Source of the DNA: an uncultured Acidobacteriota bacterium
GTDB lineage: Bacteria > Acidobacteriota > Polarisedimenticolia > J045
Assembly (NCBI GenBank): GCA_963702425.1
Contig: CAVPCQ010000020.1
Span: 32,001 to 96,000 of the forward strand
Direction: 5' to 3'
DNA: 64,000 bases
A model generated the notes under the pieces. It was not told the origin of the DNA and did no database searches. It worked only from the letters and a program-made list of their open reading frames with translations. The translations under genes were made by a program, and so were the position numbers. The number at the start of each line of letters is the position of its first letter. The stretch's first letter is position 1. This document shows, one piece after another, positions 54,743 to 62,692 of the stretch.

Positions 54743-55245
54743 TTGCCCCCCCCGTCCCGCGGAGCCTCACCGTCCGGGACGGGAGCGCCGCGCAACTCGT
54801 CGATCAGCCGCGGCACCTCCGGCGCACGGCACTCCGGACGGAACCGGCCGGCGACCTCGAGCACGGGCGCGAAGCCGCAAGCGCCGAAGCAGGGGACCGC
54901 GTCGAGGCTGAAGACGCCGTCCGCCGTCGTTCTGCCGGTGGACACACCGAGCGCGGACTCCAGTGCGGCCAAGGTCGCGCTCGCTCCCCGGACCTGGCAG
55001 CTGGTGCCGACGCAGATCCGGATCGGCCAGCGGCCGGGGGGCTCGAGACGGAAGTTCCCCGAGGCGCGAACCGCGTTCCATGCCACCTCGCCCGGCACGC
55101 CGACGTGATCGGCGATCCGCTCGACCTCCTCGGCCACGAGCCACCCGCGCGCGGCCTGGAGTTCGAGCAGCAACGGCACCAGGCCGTCCCGCCGGCCGGC
55201 CGGATGGCGTGCGAGGATCGTGTCCAGTGCGGCGGGGCCCGGCAT
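54739..55245 (-). CDS. NuoE/HoxE-like thioredoxin-fold [2Fe-2S] protein
   Basis: LVPLL.ELQ..GW, ICVGTSCQVRG, TTADGVFSL..VPCFGACGFAPV (C-x4-C...C-x3-C). Confidence 0.88.
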   Translation of the reverse strand: MPGPAALDTILARHPAGRRDGLVPLLLELQAARGWLVAEEVERIADHVGVPGEVAWNAVRASGNFRLEPPGRWPIRICVGTSCQVRGASATLAALESALGVSTGRTTADGVFSLDAVPCFGACGFAPVLEVAGRFRPECRAPEVPRLIDELRGAPVPDGEAPRDGGGK

Positions 55246-55254
55246 GGGGCCGCG

Positions 55255-56580
55255 TCAGGCGCGCAGGCCGAGCGCTGCCAGGTGCGCCCGGAGGTCCGGC
55301 TCGGAGAGGCCAAGCCGCGGGGCGGCACGCGCCAGATCGCCGTTCACCTCGTCGAGCAGGCGGCGCAGCCAGCCGGCCTCGAGGTCGCGCGCCGGGGGGG
55401 GCTCCGGCGACCCCGTCTCGCGCCCGTCGAGAAACCCGGGCGGCAGGTCCTCGGCGTGAACCACCGGTTGCGGCGCGCCCAGGACGACCCGCTCCACGAC
55501 GCGGCGCAACTCGCGCACGTTGCCCGGCCAGGCGTGGCGGGCGAGCGCATGCAGCGCGTCGAGCGCCAGCGTAGGCACCGGCTGCGCGTACTCGCGGCAG
55601 ATCTCCTGCAGGAAGACGTTCGCCAGCTCCGGCAGGTCGTCGGCCCTGGCGCGCAGCGGCGGAACCTCGATCCGGTGCGTGAAGCTGTCGAGGAACCCCT
55701 GCTCGAGCCGCCCCGCGGCCGCCGCCCCGTCCGGGGATCCGGCCAGCGATACGACCAGGACCGGTTCGGAACGGACGCTGCGCGCGGTACCCGGCACGGG
55801 GAAGTCGCCGGTGCGCAGCCCGTCGGCCAGTGCGCACTGAATCTCGGCCGAGAGCGCCTCGGCTCCCTCGAGGTAGAGCGTCCCCTCGTCCGCCAGCGCG
55901 ATTCGGCCCGCCTCCTCCGGCGCGCCGCCGCCGCCGAAGAGCGCGCCGAATAGCCGCTCGGGGGGGACCGTCCCGACGCGCAGGTCGAGGAACGGACCGT
56001 CGGGCCGCGGGCCGCGCAGCGAGAGCCAACGCGCGGCCAGGCTCCGGCCACTCCCGCGCTCACCCCAGAGCAGGACCGGCCGCCCGTCCGCGGCGGCCGC
56101 CAGCCGGGCTCGCAGCGCCTCAACCGCGGTCCCCCGCCCGATGAACTCCGCCTCGCGCCGCAATTCGACCTGCAGTGCGCGGTGCTGCCGTTCCAACCGG
56201 GCGTGGCGCAGCGCGTTGCGCAGCACGAGCAGGATGCGCTCGAGCGACAGCGGCTTCTCGACGAAGTCGTAGGCGCCACGCTTGGTCGCCTTGACGGCGG
56301 TCTCGATCGTCCCGTGGCCGGAGATCATGATCACCGGCGCGCGCACCCCGCGCTCGCGCATCATCCGCAGGGCCTCGATGCCGTCGACGCCGGGCAGCCA
56401 GATGTCGAGGAAGACCGCGTCGGGTGACCGCGTCAGCGCCAGCTCGACTCCCTCCTCGCCGGATGCCGCCGGGAGGACCGCGTAACCCTCGTCCTCGAGA
56501 ATCTCGGTCATCGAGCGGCGCACGGCGTCTTCGTCGTCGACGATGAGGATCAGGCCACGACGGGACGCCGGAGGGGTCAT
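55255..56580 (-). CDS. ntrX: NtrX-like response regulator (REC + degenerate AAA+ + HTH)
   Basis: LIVDDE, LDIWLPG.DG, MISGHGTIETAVKATK.GAYDFVEKP, WPGNVREL; follows ntrY-like kinase. Confidence 0.82.
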   Translation of the reverse strand: MTPPASRRGLILIVDDEDAVRRSMTEILEDEGYAVLPAASGEEGVELALTRSPDAVFLDIWLPGVDGIEALRMMRERGVRAPVIMISGHGTIETAVKATKRGAYDFVEKPLSLERILLVLRNALRHARLERQHRALQVELRREAEFIGRGTAVEALRARLAAAADGRPVLLWGERGSGRSLAARWLSLRGPRPDGPFLDLRVGTVPPERLFGALFGGGGAPEEAGRIALADEGTLYLEGAEALSAEIQCALADGLRTGDFPVPGTARSVRSEPVLVVSLAGSPDGAAAAGRLEQGFLDSFTHRIEVPPLRARADDLPELANVFLQEICREYAQPVPTLALDALHALARHAWPGNVRELRRVVERVVLGAPQPVVHAEDLPPGFLDGRETGSPEPPPARDLEAGWLRRLLDEVNGDLARAAPRLGLSEPDLRAHLAALGLRA

Positions 56581-58775
56581 GGACTGGTCTCCTCGTCCGC
56601 GGCGACCGCCGCCACGGACGGCAATTCGATCACGAATCGCGTGCCGCCGCCCGGGTTGTCCTCGGCGCGGATCCGGCCGCCGTGGTCGGTCACGATGCGG
56701 TGCACGATCGCGAGCCCGAGCCCGGTCCCGCCGGGACGCCGCGTGAAGCTCGGCAGGAACAGCTGCTCACGCGCAACTTCGGGGAGCCCGGGGCCGTTGT
56801 CGGCAACCTCCAGCATGACCGGCCACTGCCCCGGCTGCCGCCGGGTGCGGACGGTGATGCTGCCGCTGGCGCCGAGCAGCGCGACCGCGTTGTCGAGCAG
56901 GTTGATCAGCGCGCGGCGCATCGCCTCGGGATCGACCGCGTGCGGCGGCAGGTCGTCGGCGAACTCGGTCGCGAAGCGGATCTGCGGGTGCGACGTCCGG
57001 TAGAGGGCGAGCGCGTCCTCGGCCACCCTGCCGACATCCCCCGGCTCCGGACGCAGCTCCGGCAGCCGCGCGAAGCGCGAGAACTCGTCCACCAGCCCCT
57101 TGAGGCTGTCCACCTCGCGCACGATGTTGCCGACCATCTCCTCCAGCACCTCCCCCGCTTCGCCGGGGCTGCGCCGGTAGCGGCGCAGGAGCCGCTCGGC
57201 GGAGAGCCGGATCGGCGTCAACGGGTTCTTGAACTCGTGAGCGAGCCGCCGCGCGACTTCGCCCCACGCCGCGAGCCGCTCGGCGCGACGCAGCGGGGTC
57301 AGGTCCTCGAGCACGACCAGCACCCCTTCGCCGCGCCCCGGGATGCCGAAGCGGGCGGCCGTCGCCTCCACCATCGCCTCCTTGCCTTCCACGGCGACCG
57401 GCACCTCGCGGCTCGAGCGGCGCGCCCAGCCCTCCAGCACGGGCTGGACGACCCGATAGACCGCTTCGCGGCCACCCGAGAGCGCCTCCTCCACGGGCGC
57501 GCCGCGCGGTAGGTCGGCCAGCCGCAAGAGCTCGAGGGCGGCGCGATTGGCGGTCGCCACGCGCGCGTCGGCATCGAGGCTGAGCACGCCGACCGGGATC
57601 GCCTCGAGAATCGTCTCGATGTAGCGCCGCCGCCCTTCGATCTCGCGTCGCTGGCGCTGGATCTCGCCCGCCATCCGGTTGAACGACGCGACCAGCTGCC
57701 CGATCTCGTCGCCACCGCTTCCCGGGACGCGATAGGTCAGGTCCCCTCCCGCCAGCGCCTCCGTACCGCGCGCGAGCGCCAGGATCGGGTTCGTGATCTG
57801 GCCCGCGACGTAGAAGCTGGTCCAGACGGCGGCGAACAGGACGAGCAGCGTCAGCAGCGCGAAGAGCGCGACGTAGAGCCGTTGCACGACCGGCCGGCGC
57901 GCGCCGTAGTCCTCGACCTCCCGCCCCGAGAGCAGGACGCTGTCGATCCGGCGCGCCTCTTCCTCGGGGATGTAGACCGCGGCCCAGGCCACCGCGACCG
58001 TCTCCCCTCTCACCCGCACCGCCTCGGTGGCAACCGTGCGCCAGCCGTAGACGAGCCGATCGCTGGTCAGTCCACCGCGCCCGGTCTCGAAGGTCTCGCG
58101 GACGATCGCCTCGGGCACGCGCGTCAGCTCGGTCGGGAGGGCCATCGAGGCCCCGCCCCGCACCACCTCCGCGACCGCCACCGGGCTTCCGCTCTCGAAC
58201 GCCACCCCGACCGCCGTCAGGGCGTAGCGCCGCCGCAACTCGTCCAGTGCACGCGCCAGCTCGCCTCGCGGCGCGGGCGGGTCCTTCGCGAGTGGGCCGC
58301 GAGCCAGGTCCTCGGCGACCACGCGCGCGAAGTGCCGGGCCCCCTCCGAGGCCTCGCGCTGCGCCATCTGCGCGACCGCCGCGGCCTGGTCCATCGTCTT
58401 CGCGATGTCGGGCGGGATCAGGTCCGACAGCGAGCGCAGCACGATCGCCACCGCCCCCGCGAACAGCGTCAGCGAGGGGATCAGGACCAGGAAGAAGAAT
58501 GCGAAGAAGACCCGCGCCTGGAGCCGGGCGCCGAGGATGCCGCTGCGCCGGCCGGCCAGGACGCGGGCGACGTTGCGCACGATGAGCGCGGCCACCGCGA
58601 AGGCCAGCAGGACCAGCGCCGCAGCGAGGCCGGAGAGCAGCGTCTTGTCGCCGGCGAGTCGCGTATCACCGAGCTTGCCGCGCTGGATGACGTAGTAGAG
58701 GACGGCGGTGAGGACGAACGAGAGACCGACGATCGTGAACAGCAGCCGGTCGGAACGAAGGCGGTCGCGCAGCAT
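56577..58775 (-). CDS. ntrY: NtrY-like membrane sensor histidine kinase (HAMP, PAS, HisKA, HATPase)
   Basis: Several N-terminal TMs, HAMP DEIGQLVASFNRM, AAWGEVARRLAHEFKNPLTPIRLSAERL, NLLDNA, DNGPG, GTGLGL. Confidence 0.88.
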   Translation of the reverse strand: MLRDRLRSDRLLFTIVGLSFVLTAVLYYVIQRGKLGDTRLAGDKTLLSGLAAALVLLAFAVAALIVRNVARVLAGRRSGILGARLQARVFFAFFFLVLIPSLTLFAGAVAIVLRSLSDLIPPDIAKTMDQAAAVAQMAQREASEGARHFARVVAEDLARGPLAKDPPAPRGELARALDELRRRYALTAVGVAFESGSPVAVAEVVRGGASMALPTELTRVPEAIVRETFETGRGGLTSDRLVYGWRTVATEAVRVRGETVAVAWAAVYIPEEEARRIDSVLLSGREVEDYGARRPVVQRLYVALFALLTLLVLFAAVWTSFYVAGQITNPILALARGTEALAGGDLTYRVPGSGGDEIGQLVASFNRMAGEIQRQRREIEGRRRYIETILEAIPVGVLSLDADARVATANRAALELLRLADLPRGAPVEEALSGGREAVYRVVQPVLEGWARRSSREVPVAVEGKEAMVEATAARFGIPGRGEGVLVVLEDLTPLRRAERLAAWGEVARRLAHEFKNPLTPIRLSAERLLRRYRRSPGEAGEVLEEMVGNIVREVDSLKGLVDEFSRFARLPELRPEPGDVGRVAEDALALYRTSHPQIRFATEFADDLPPHAVDPEAMRRALINLLDNAVALLGASGSITVRTRRQPGQWPVMLEVADNGPGLPEVAREQLFLPSFTRRPGGTGLGLAIVHRIVTDHGGRIRAEDNPGGGTRFVIELPSVAAVAADEETSP

Positions 58776-58779
58776 CCGG

Positions 58780-59688
58780 TCAACGCGCGCGGCCGGGCGG
58801 GGCGGGCCGTGACGGCGGTTCGGTCGGCCCCCCCGGACCGCTCTCGAAGATCCAGTTCGAACGATCGGCGAGCAGCGCGTCCGCGAGCCGGCCGTGGAGG
58901 TCGTGCCCCGCCCGCCAGGCGACGATCCGGCCCGACAACCCGCAGCCCAGGAGGGCCAGGTCGCCGACCAGGTCGAGCGTCTTGTGTCGCGCGAACTCGT
59001 CCCGGAAACGGAGGTCGACCCCCTTGATCCCGTCGTCGTCGACCAGGATCGCGTTGTCGAGCGACCCCCCCTTGATCAGCCCCGCGCGCTGCAGCTTCTC
59101 GATGTCGCGCCGCATCCCGAAGGTGCGGGCGGCAGCGAGCTTGTTCAGGAAGTCGTCGGGCTGGTCGAGCTGGACGGTGACCTCCTGGTAGCCGAGGTGC
59201 TCGTGCTCGAAGTCGATCGCCGTGGTGACCCTCAGGCCGTCTCCCGGCTCGATCGTGATCCGGCGCTCCTCGTCGCCGACGACCAGCTTCTGCGTAACCA
59301 CGATCCGGGGGTACCCGGCCTCCTGCTCGACCAGGCCGGCGTCCAGGATCGCCCGTACGAAAGGCAGCGAGGAGCCGTCGAGGATCGGCAGCTCGCACCC
59401 GGACATCCGCACCCGCACGTTGTCGACGCCCAGGGCGTAGAGGGCGGCCAGTAGGTGCTCGGGGGTGTCAATCGTCGCCCCGTCCCGCTCCAGGCGCGTG
59501 GCGTGCATCATCGGGCTGCGGTACTGCTCGAGCGCCGGGATCTCGATTCCGCCCGCCGCCTCCAGCTCGAACACGATGCCGCCGCCCGGGGCAGTCGGCT
59601 GGAGGTCGATCCGTTCCGCCCGGCCGTGATGCAGGCCGATCCCCTCGAGCCGGACGGGGGCGGCGAGGGTCCGCTGCTGACGCACCAT
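58780..59688 (-). CDS. lpxC: UDP-3-O-acyl-N-acetylglucosamine deacetylase
   Basis: QRTL..GIGLH.G, TPEHLLAAL..GVDN, ELPILDGSS, ARTFG, GGSLDNA, RHKTLDLVGDL, AGH. Confidence 0.96.
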   Translation of the reverse strand: MVRQQRTLAAPVRLEGIGLHHGRAERIDLQPTAPGGGIVFELEAAGGIEIPALEQYRSPMMHATRLERDGATIDTPEHLLAALYALGVDNVRVRMSGCELPILDGSSLPFVRAILDAGLVEQEAGYPRIVVTQKLVVGDEERRITIEPGDGLRVTTAIDFEHEHLGYQEVTVQLDQPDDFLNKLAAARTFGMRRDIEKLQRAGLIKGGSLDNAILVDDDGIKGVDLRFRDEFARHKTLDLVGDLALLGCGLSGRIVAWRAGHDLHGRLADALLADRSNWIFESGPGGPTEPPSRPAPPGRAR

Positions 59689-59694
59689 GGGACG

Positions 59695-59734
59695 ATTCTA
59701 TACTGTTGACCCGGCGAGACCTGCCATCGACAAT
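59695..59734. promoter_or_regulatory. Divergent promoters between lpxC and GAF-RomX-like gene
   Basis: + strand TTGACC(59706)-17-GACAAT(59729); - strand TAGAAT (59700-59695) 6 nt before lpxC ATG. Confidence 0.6.
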
Positions 59735-59759
59735 GGCGGCTCCCGGCCCGGAGGATCCG

Positions 59760-60770
59760 ATGAACGAGCGTGCCCTGTCCGCCGAGACCATGGATGGCGT
59801 CATCGATCGGCTCGCCGACGCGCTTCGCGACGAGCTCTCCGCGATCCGGCTCCCGCCCCCCGTGATCCGCACCCCGGACCGGCTGCGGGCCGCCTGCTGT
59901 GCGCTGCGCGAGGCTACGGGGCAGGTGGCGCTGCTGCGCTCGCTGCTCGCGAGCGCGCGGGATGCCGGCGCGCGGGCCGCGCTGTTCGTGGTCAAGCAGG
60001 ACCGGATCGAGGGCTGGGAAGGGACCGGCTTCGACGACCTCGAGCTCCACGGCGTCGAGCTCGCGCGCGACGACGACGCGATCGGCGCCCTGCTCGCGGA
60101 GCAGCGGCCGATCGCCCTCGACGCCGAGTCCGGCGTCGCGGCGCCCGATTTCGGGCAGTCGGCCCGCTCACCGGCCGTGCTGGTTCCGGTGCTGGTCCAC
60201 GGCAAGCTGGTGGCGATCGTCTATGCCGATCCGGCCGAGCCCGGCCTCCCGGTCGATGTCACTGCGCTCGAGGTCCTGGGTGAGGTCGGCGGGCTGGCGA
60301 TCGAACGGCTGGCGCTCGCGCGCTGGTCCCAGCGTCCGGCCGAGGGGGCGACGGGCGAGATCCCGGTGCGCACGCCGGAAGGGGCGTCGCCGATGCTCTC
60401 GCAGCCGGTGGCCCCGACGCCAGCGTTCCACGCCGGCTTCGCGGCACCGACCGGACCGATCGGCCCGCCGACCGGTCCCGAGACCGGCCCCGGGGGGGTC
60501 TCTCCCGAAGTCCAGGACGCCCGGCGCTTTGCCCGCCTACTGATGGAAGAGATCTGCCTCTATCACGCCGACAAGGTCGACGAGGGCCGGACCCAGAGCG
60601 ACCTGCTCTCGCGCCTCTCGGAGCAGGTCGAGCGCGCGCGGCAGATGTACGAGCAGCGCGTCCCGGCCGAGGTCCGGGGGGTGAGCGATTTCTTCGATGA
60701 GGCGCTGGTGCGCGTGCTCGCCGCGGGCGACGCGAACGCGCTGGGGCGCGTGGGCCGCGCCGCGATCTAG
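59760..60770 (+). CDS. GAF-like domain protein with C-terminal RomX-like helical domain
   Basis: GGAGGA RBS before ATG 59760; GAF-like AALFVVK..GW.G.G and AVLVPVLVHGKLVAIVYAD; C-terminal DARRFARLLMEEICLYH..KV..G..DL..L..ERARQMYEQRV..DFFDEAL. Confidence 0.75.
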   Translation: MNERALSAETMDGVIDRLADALRDELSAIRLPPPVIRTPDRLRAACCALREATGQVALLRSLLASARDAGARAALFVVKQDRIEGWEGTGFDDLELHGVELARDDDAIGALLAEQRPIALDAESGVAAPDFGQSARSPAVLVPVLVHGKLVAIVYADPAEPGLPVDVTALEVLGEVGGLAIERLALARWSQRPAEGATGEIPVRTPEGASPMLSQPVAPTPAFHAGFAAPTGPIGPPTGPETGPGGVSPEVQDARRFARLLMEEICLYHADKVDEGRTQSDLLSRLSEQVERARQMYEQRVPAEVRGVSDFFDEALVRVLAAGDANALGRVGRAAI

Positions 60771-60820
60771 CCCGGCCGGCCGGCCTGGGCAGGCCCGCCG
60801 CACGCCCTGCGGGGCGTGTA

Positions 60821-61624
60821 TCACCACTCCGCGACGAGTCCCCGGAAGACGACGCGCGCCGGACCCGAGAGAACCACGCCGCCCCCCGCCGGCGCGAGTT
60901 CGACCATCAGCGGGATGCCGGCCGGTGGAAGGACCACGAAACGCCCGCCGGACCCCGGCGGGGATTCGCAGAAGACCGCCGCGGCCCAGGCGCCGCTGCC
61001 GCAGGCCAGCGTCTCGCCGCTGCCACGCTCGAAGGTCCGCACGAAGAGGGTCCGGTCCGATGCCTCCCGCACCAGCGTGACGTTCACCTCTCCCGCGAGC
61101 TCCGGGCGGGCCACGAAGAGCCGCTCGGCCAGCGCCGGCAGGGAAAGCCGCGCTCCAGCCGGTTCCCGGGCGACGACGTGGGGGACGCCGGCGCGGACCA
61201 GTCGCGCTGGGAGGATTTCGCCGGAGGGGAGCGGAAGCGACAGCGGGGCCTCGTCGATCGACGGGCGCTCCGCGCGGATGGCGACCGTTCCTCCGTCGAC
61301 CGAGGCCTCGACGGTGAAGCCCGGAAAGGCCAGCTCGAGCGGCGAACGGGAGAGGCCACGCTCGACCGCGAAACGCGCCGCGCAGCGCGCGCCGTTGCCG
61401 CAGAAGGCGGCACGGCTGCCGTCGGCGTTGCGATAGTCCACCACCACGCGCCCCGGCCGCGCATCGGTGATCGCCAGCAGCCCGTCTGCGCCGACTCCCG
61501 TGCCGCGGGCACAGAGCCGACGCGCCAGCTCGTCGCCGGGGCCCGGCAGCCCCTCGCGCCCGTCGACGACGACGAAGTCGTTGCCGGCCCCCTCCATCTT
61601 CCAGAACGAGAGTTCCCCCGTCAT
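60821..61624 (-). CDS. dapF: Diaminopimelate epimerase
   Basis: FWKMEGAGNDF, GVGADG, NADGS.AAFCGNGARC, GVPH, RTFERG..ETLACGSG. Confidence 0.95.
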   Translation of the reverse strand: MTGELSFWKMEGAGNDFVVVDGREGLPGPGDELARRLCARGTGVGADGLLAITDARPGRVVVDYRNADGSRAAFCGNGARCAARFAVERGLSRSPLELAFPGFTVEASVDGGTVAIRAERPSIDEAPLSLPLPSGEILPARLVRAGVPHVVAREPAGARLSLPALAERLFVARPELAGEVNVTLVREASDRTLFVRTFERGSGETLACGSGAWAAAVFCESPPGSGGRFVVLPPAGIPLMVELAPAGGGVVLSGPARVVFRGLVAEW

Positions 61625-62691
61625 CGTGCTCCCCCCGCAGACGGGCGGGCCGCCACCCAGTCGGTCGGCCCGACCGGGGCCGACCGGTTCCCGCTGACAT
61701 CCTCGGCCAGCACCCGGTACCGGTAGCGCGCCGCCGGATCGACCGCGTCGTCGAGGAAGAACGCGTCGGGGACCTCCGCTCGCCCCCGCTCGACGAACTC
61801 CGGCTCCCCGTCGCGCTGGCGCTCGACGATCCAGGACTTCTCGTCCGGCGCGCCGCCCGGGTACCACAGGACGCGGATCTGTCCGGCCTCGGCGACCGCG
61901 TCGAGATCGCGCGGCGGAGCGGGCGGGAAGCGGTCCTGGTAGTCGATCGCGGCGAGTTGCTGCGGCGGCCCCTCGACCGGCAGCTGCGTCCCCGCGCCAG
62001 CGAATGCGGCGAGGTAGACGACCGTCTCGCCGTAGCGCGGCGCCTCGTCGAGGAACACCCCGGTCTTCGCGACCACGGTGCGGAGGGGTTCCCACGGCTC
62101 TCCGGCGGGCGGCGACCAGCGGTAGATCCGGACCGCCTCGGCCCGCGCATCCTCGGGCGCGGTCCAACGCAGCTCAATGCCGTGCTCGCGCGGTTCGGCC
62201 GCAAGGGTCGTCATCACCGGCAGGGTCGGCCGGAGCACGGTCAGTGCGGCGCGGGAGGAAGCCAGCGAACGAGCCCGCTCGTCGGACAGCGTCAGCGCCA
62301 GAACGAGCTCCTGGGCCTCGGGCAGCGTCGTCAGCGGCACGGCGTCGCGCCGCGTCGTCGGGGTCTCCGCGTCGGGCGCGAAGGGCGGCAGGGCGAGCTC
62401 CCGTGCCACGCGCCGGAACTCGCGGTCGCGATTCGCCGCCGTCCAGGAGGACCCCTGCCCGGCGCCGCTCGTCGTGAAGAGGATCTCCGGCCGCGCTGGC
62501 GGGCGCAGAGCGCCGCCGCCCACGATCCGCAGCGCATAGCGCGCCTCGAGCTGCAGCTCGTCGCCGCGTTGCCGCCAGCGGACCTCGCGCGGCGGCTCGG
62601 GAAAGTGCGGCAGGGGCGGCGTCGGCGGCCCGCGGTGTCCGCAGCCGAAGGCCGCGAGCGCGAGCGGGAGGAGGGCGGCGGCGGCTCTCAT
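61621..62691 (-). CDS. Lipoprotein with fibronectin type III-like domains
   Basis: Lipobox-like AAFGC followed by GHRGPPTPP; FN3-like ELRWTAP, IYR, PPAPPRDL..A..V.W, YRYRVLAEDVSGNRS. Confidence 0.8.
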   Translation of the reverse strand: MRAAAALLPLALAAFGCGHRGPPTPPLPHFPEPPREVRWRQRGDELQLEARYALRIVGGGALRPPARPEILFTTSGAGQGSSWTAANRDREFRRVARELALPPFAPDAETPTTRRDAVPLTTLPEAQELVLALTLSDERARSLASSRAALTVLRPTLPVMTTLAAEPREHGIELRWTAPEDARAEAVRIYRWSPPAGEPWEPLRTVVAKTGVFLDEAPRYGETVVYLAAFAGAGTQLPVEGPPQQLAAIDYQDRFPPAPPRDLDAVAEAGQIRVLWYPGGAPDEKSWIVERQRDGEPEFVERGRAEVPDAFFLDDAVDPAARYRYRVLAEDVSGNRSAPVGPTDWVAARPSAGGAR

Positions 62692-62692
62692 C

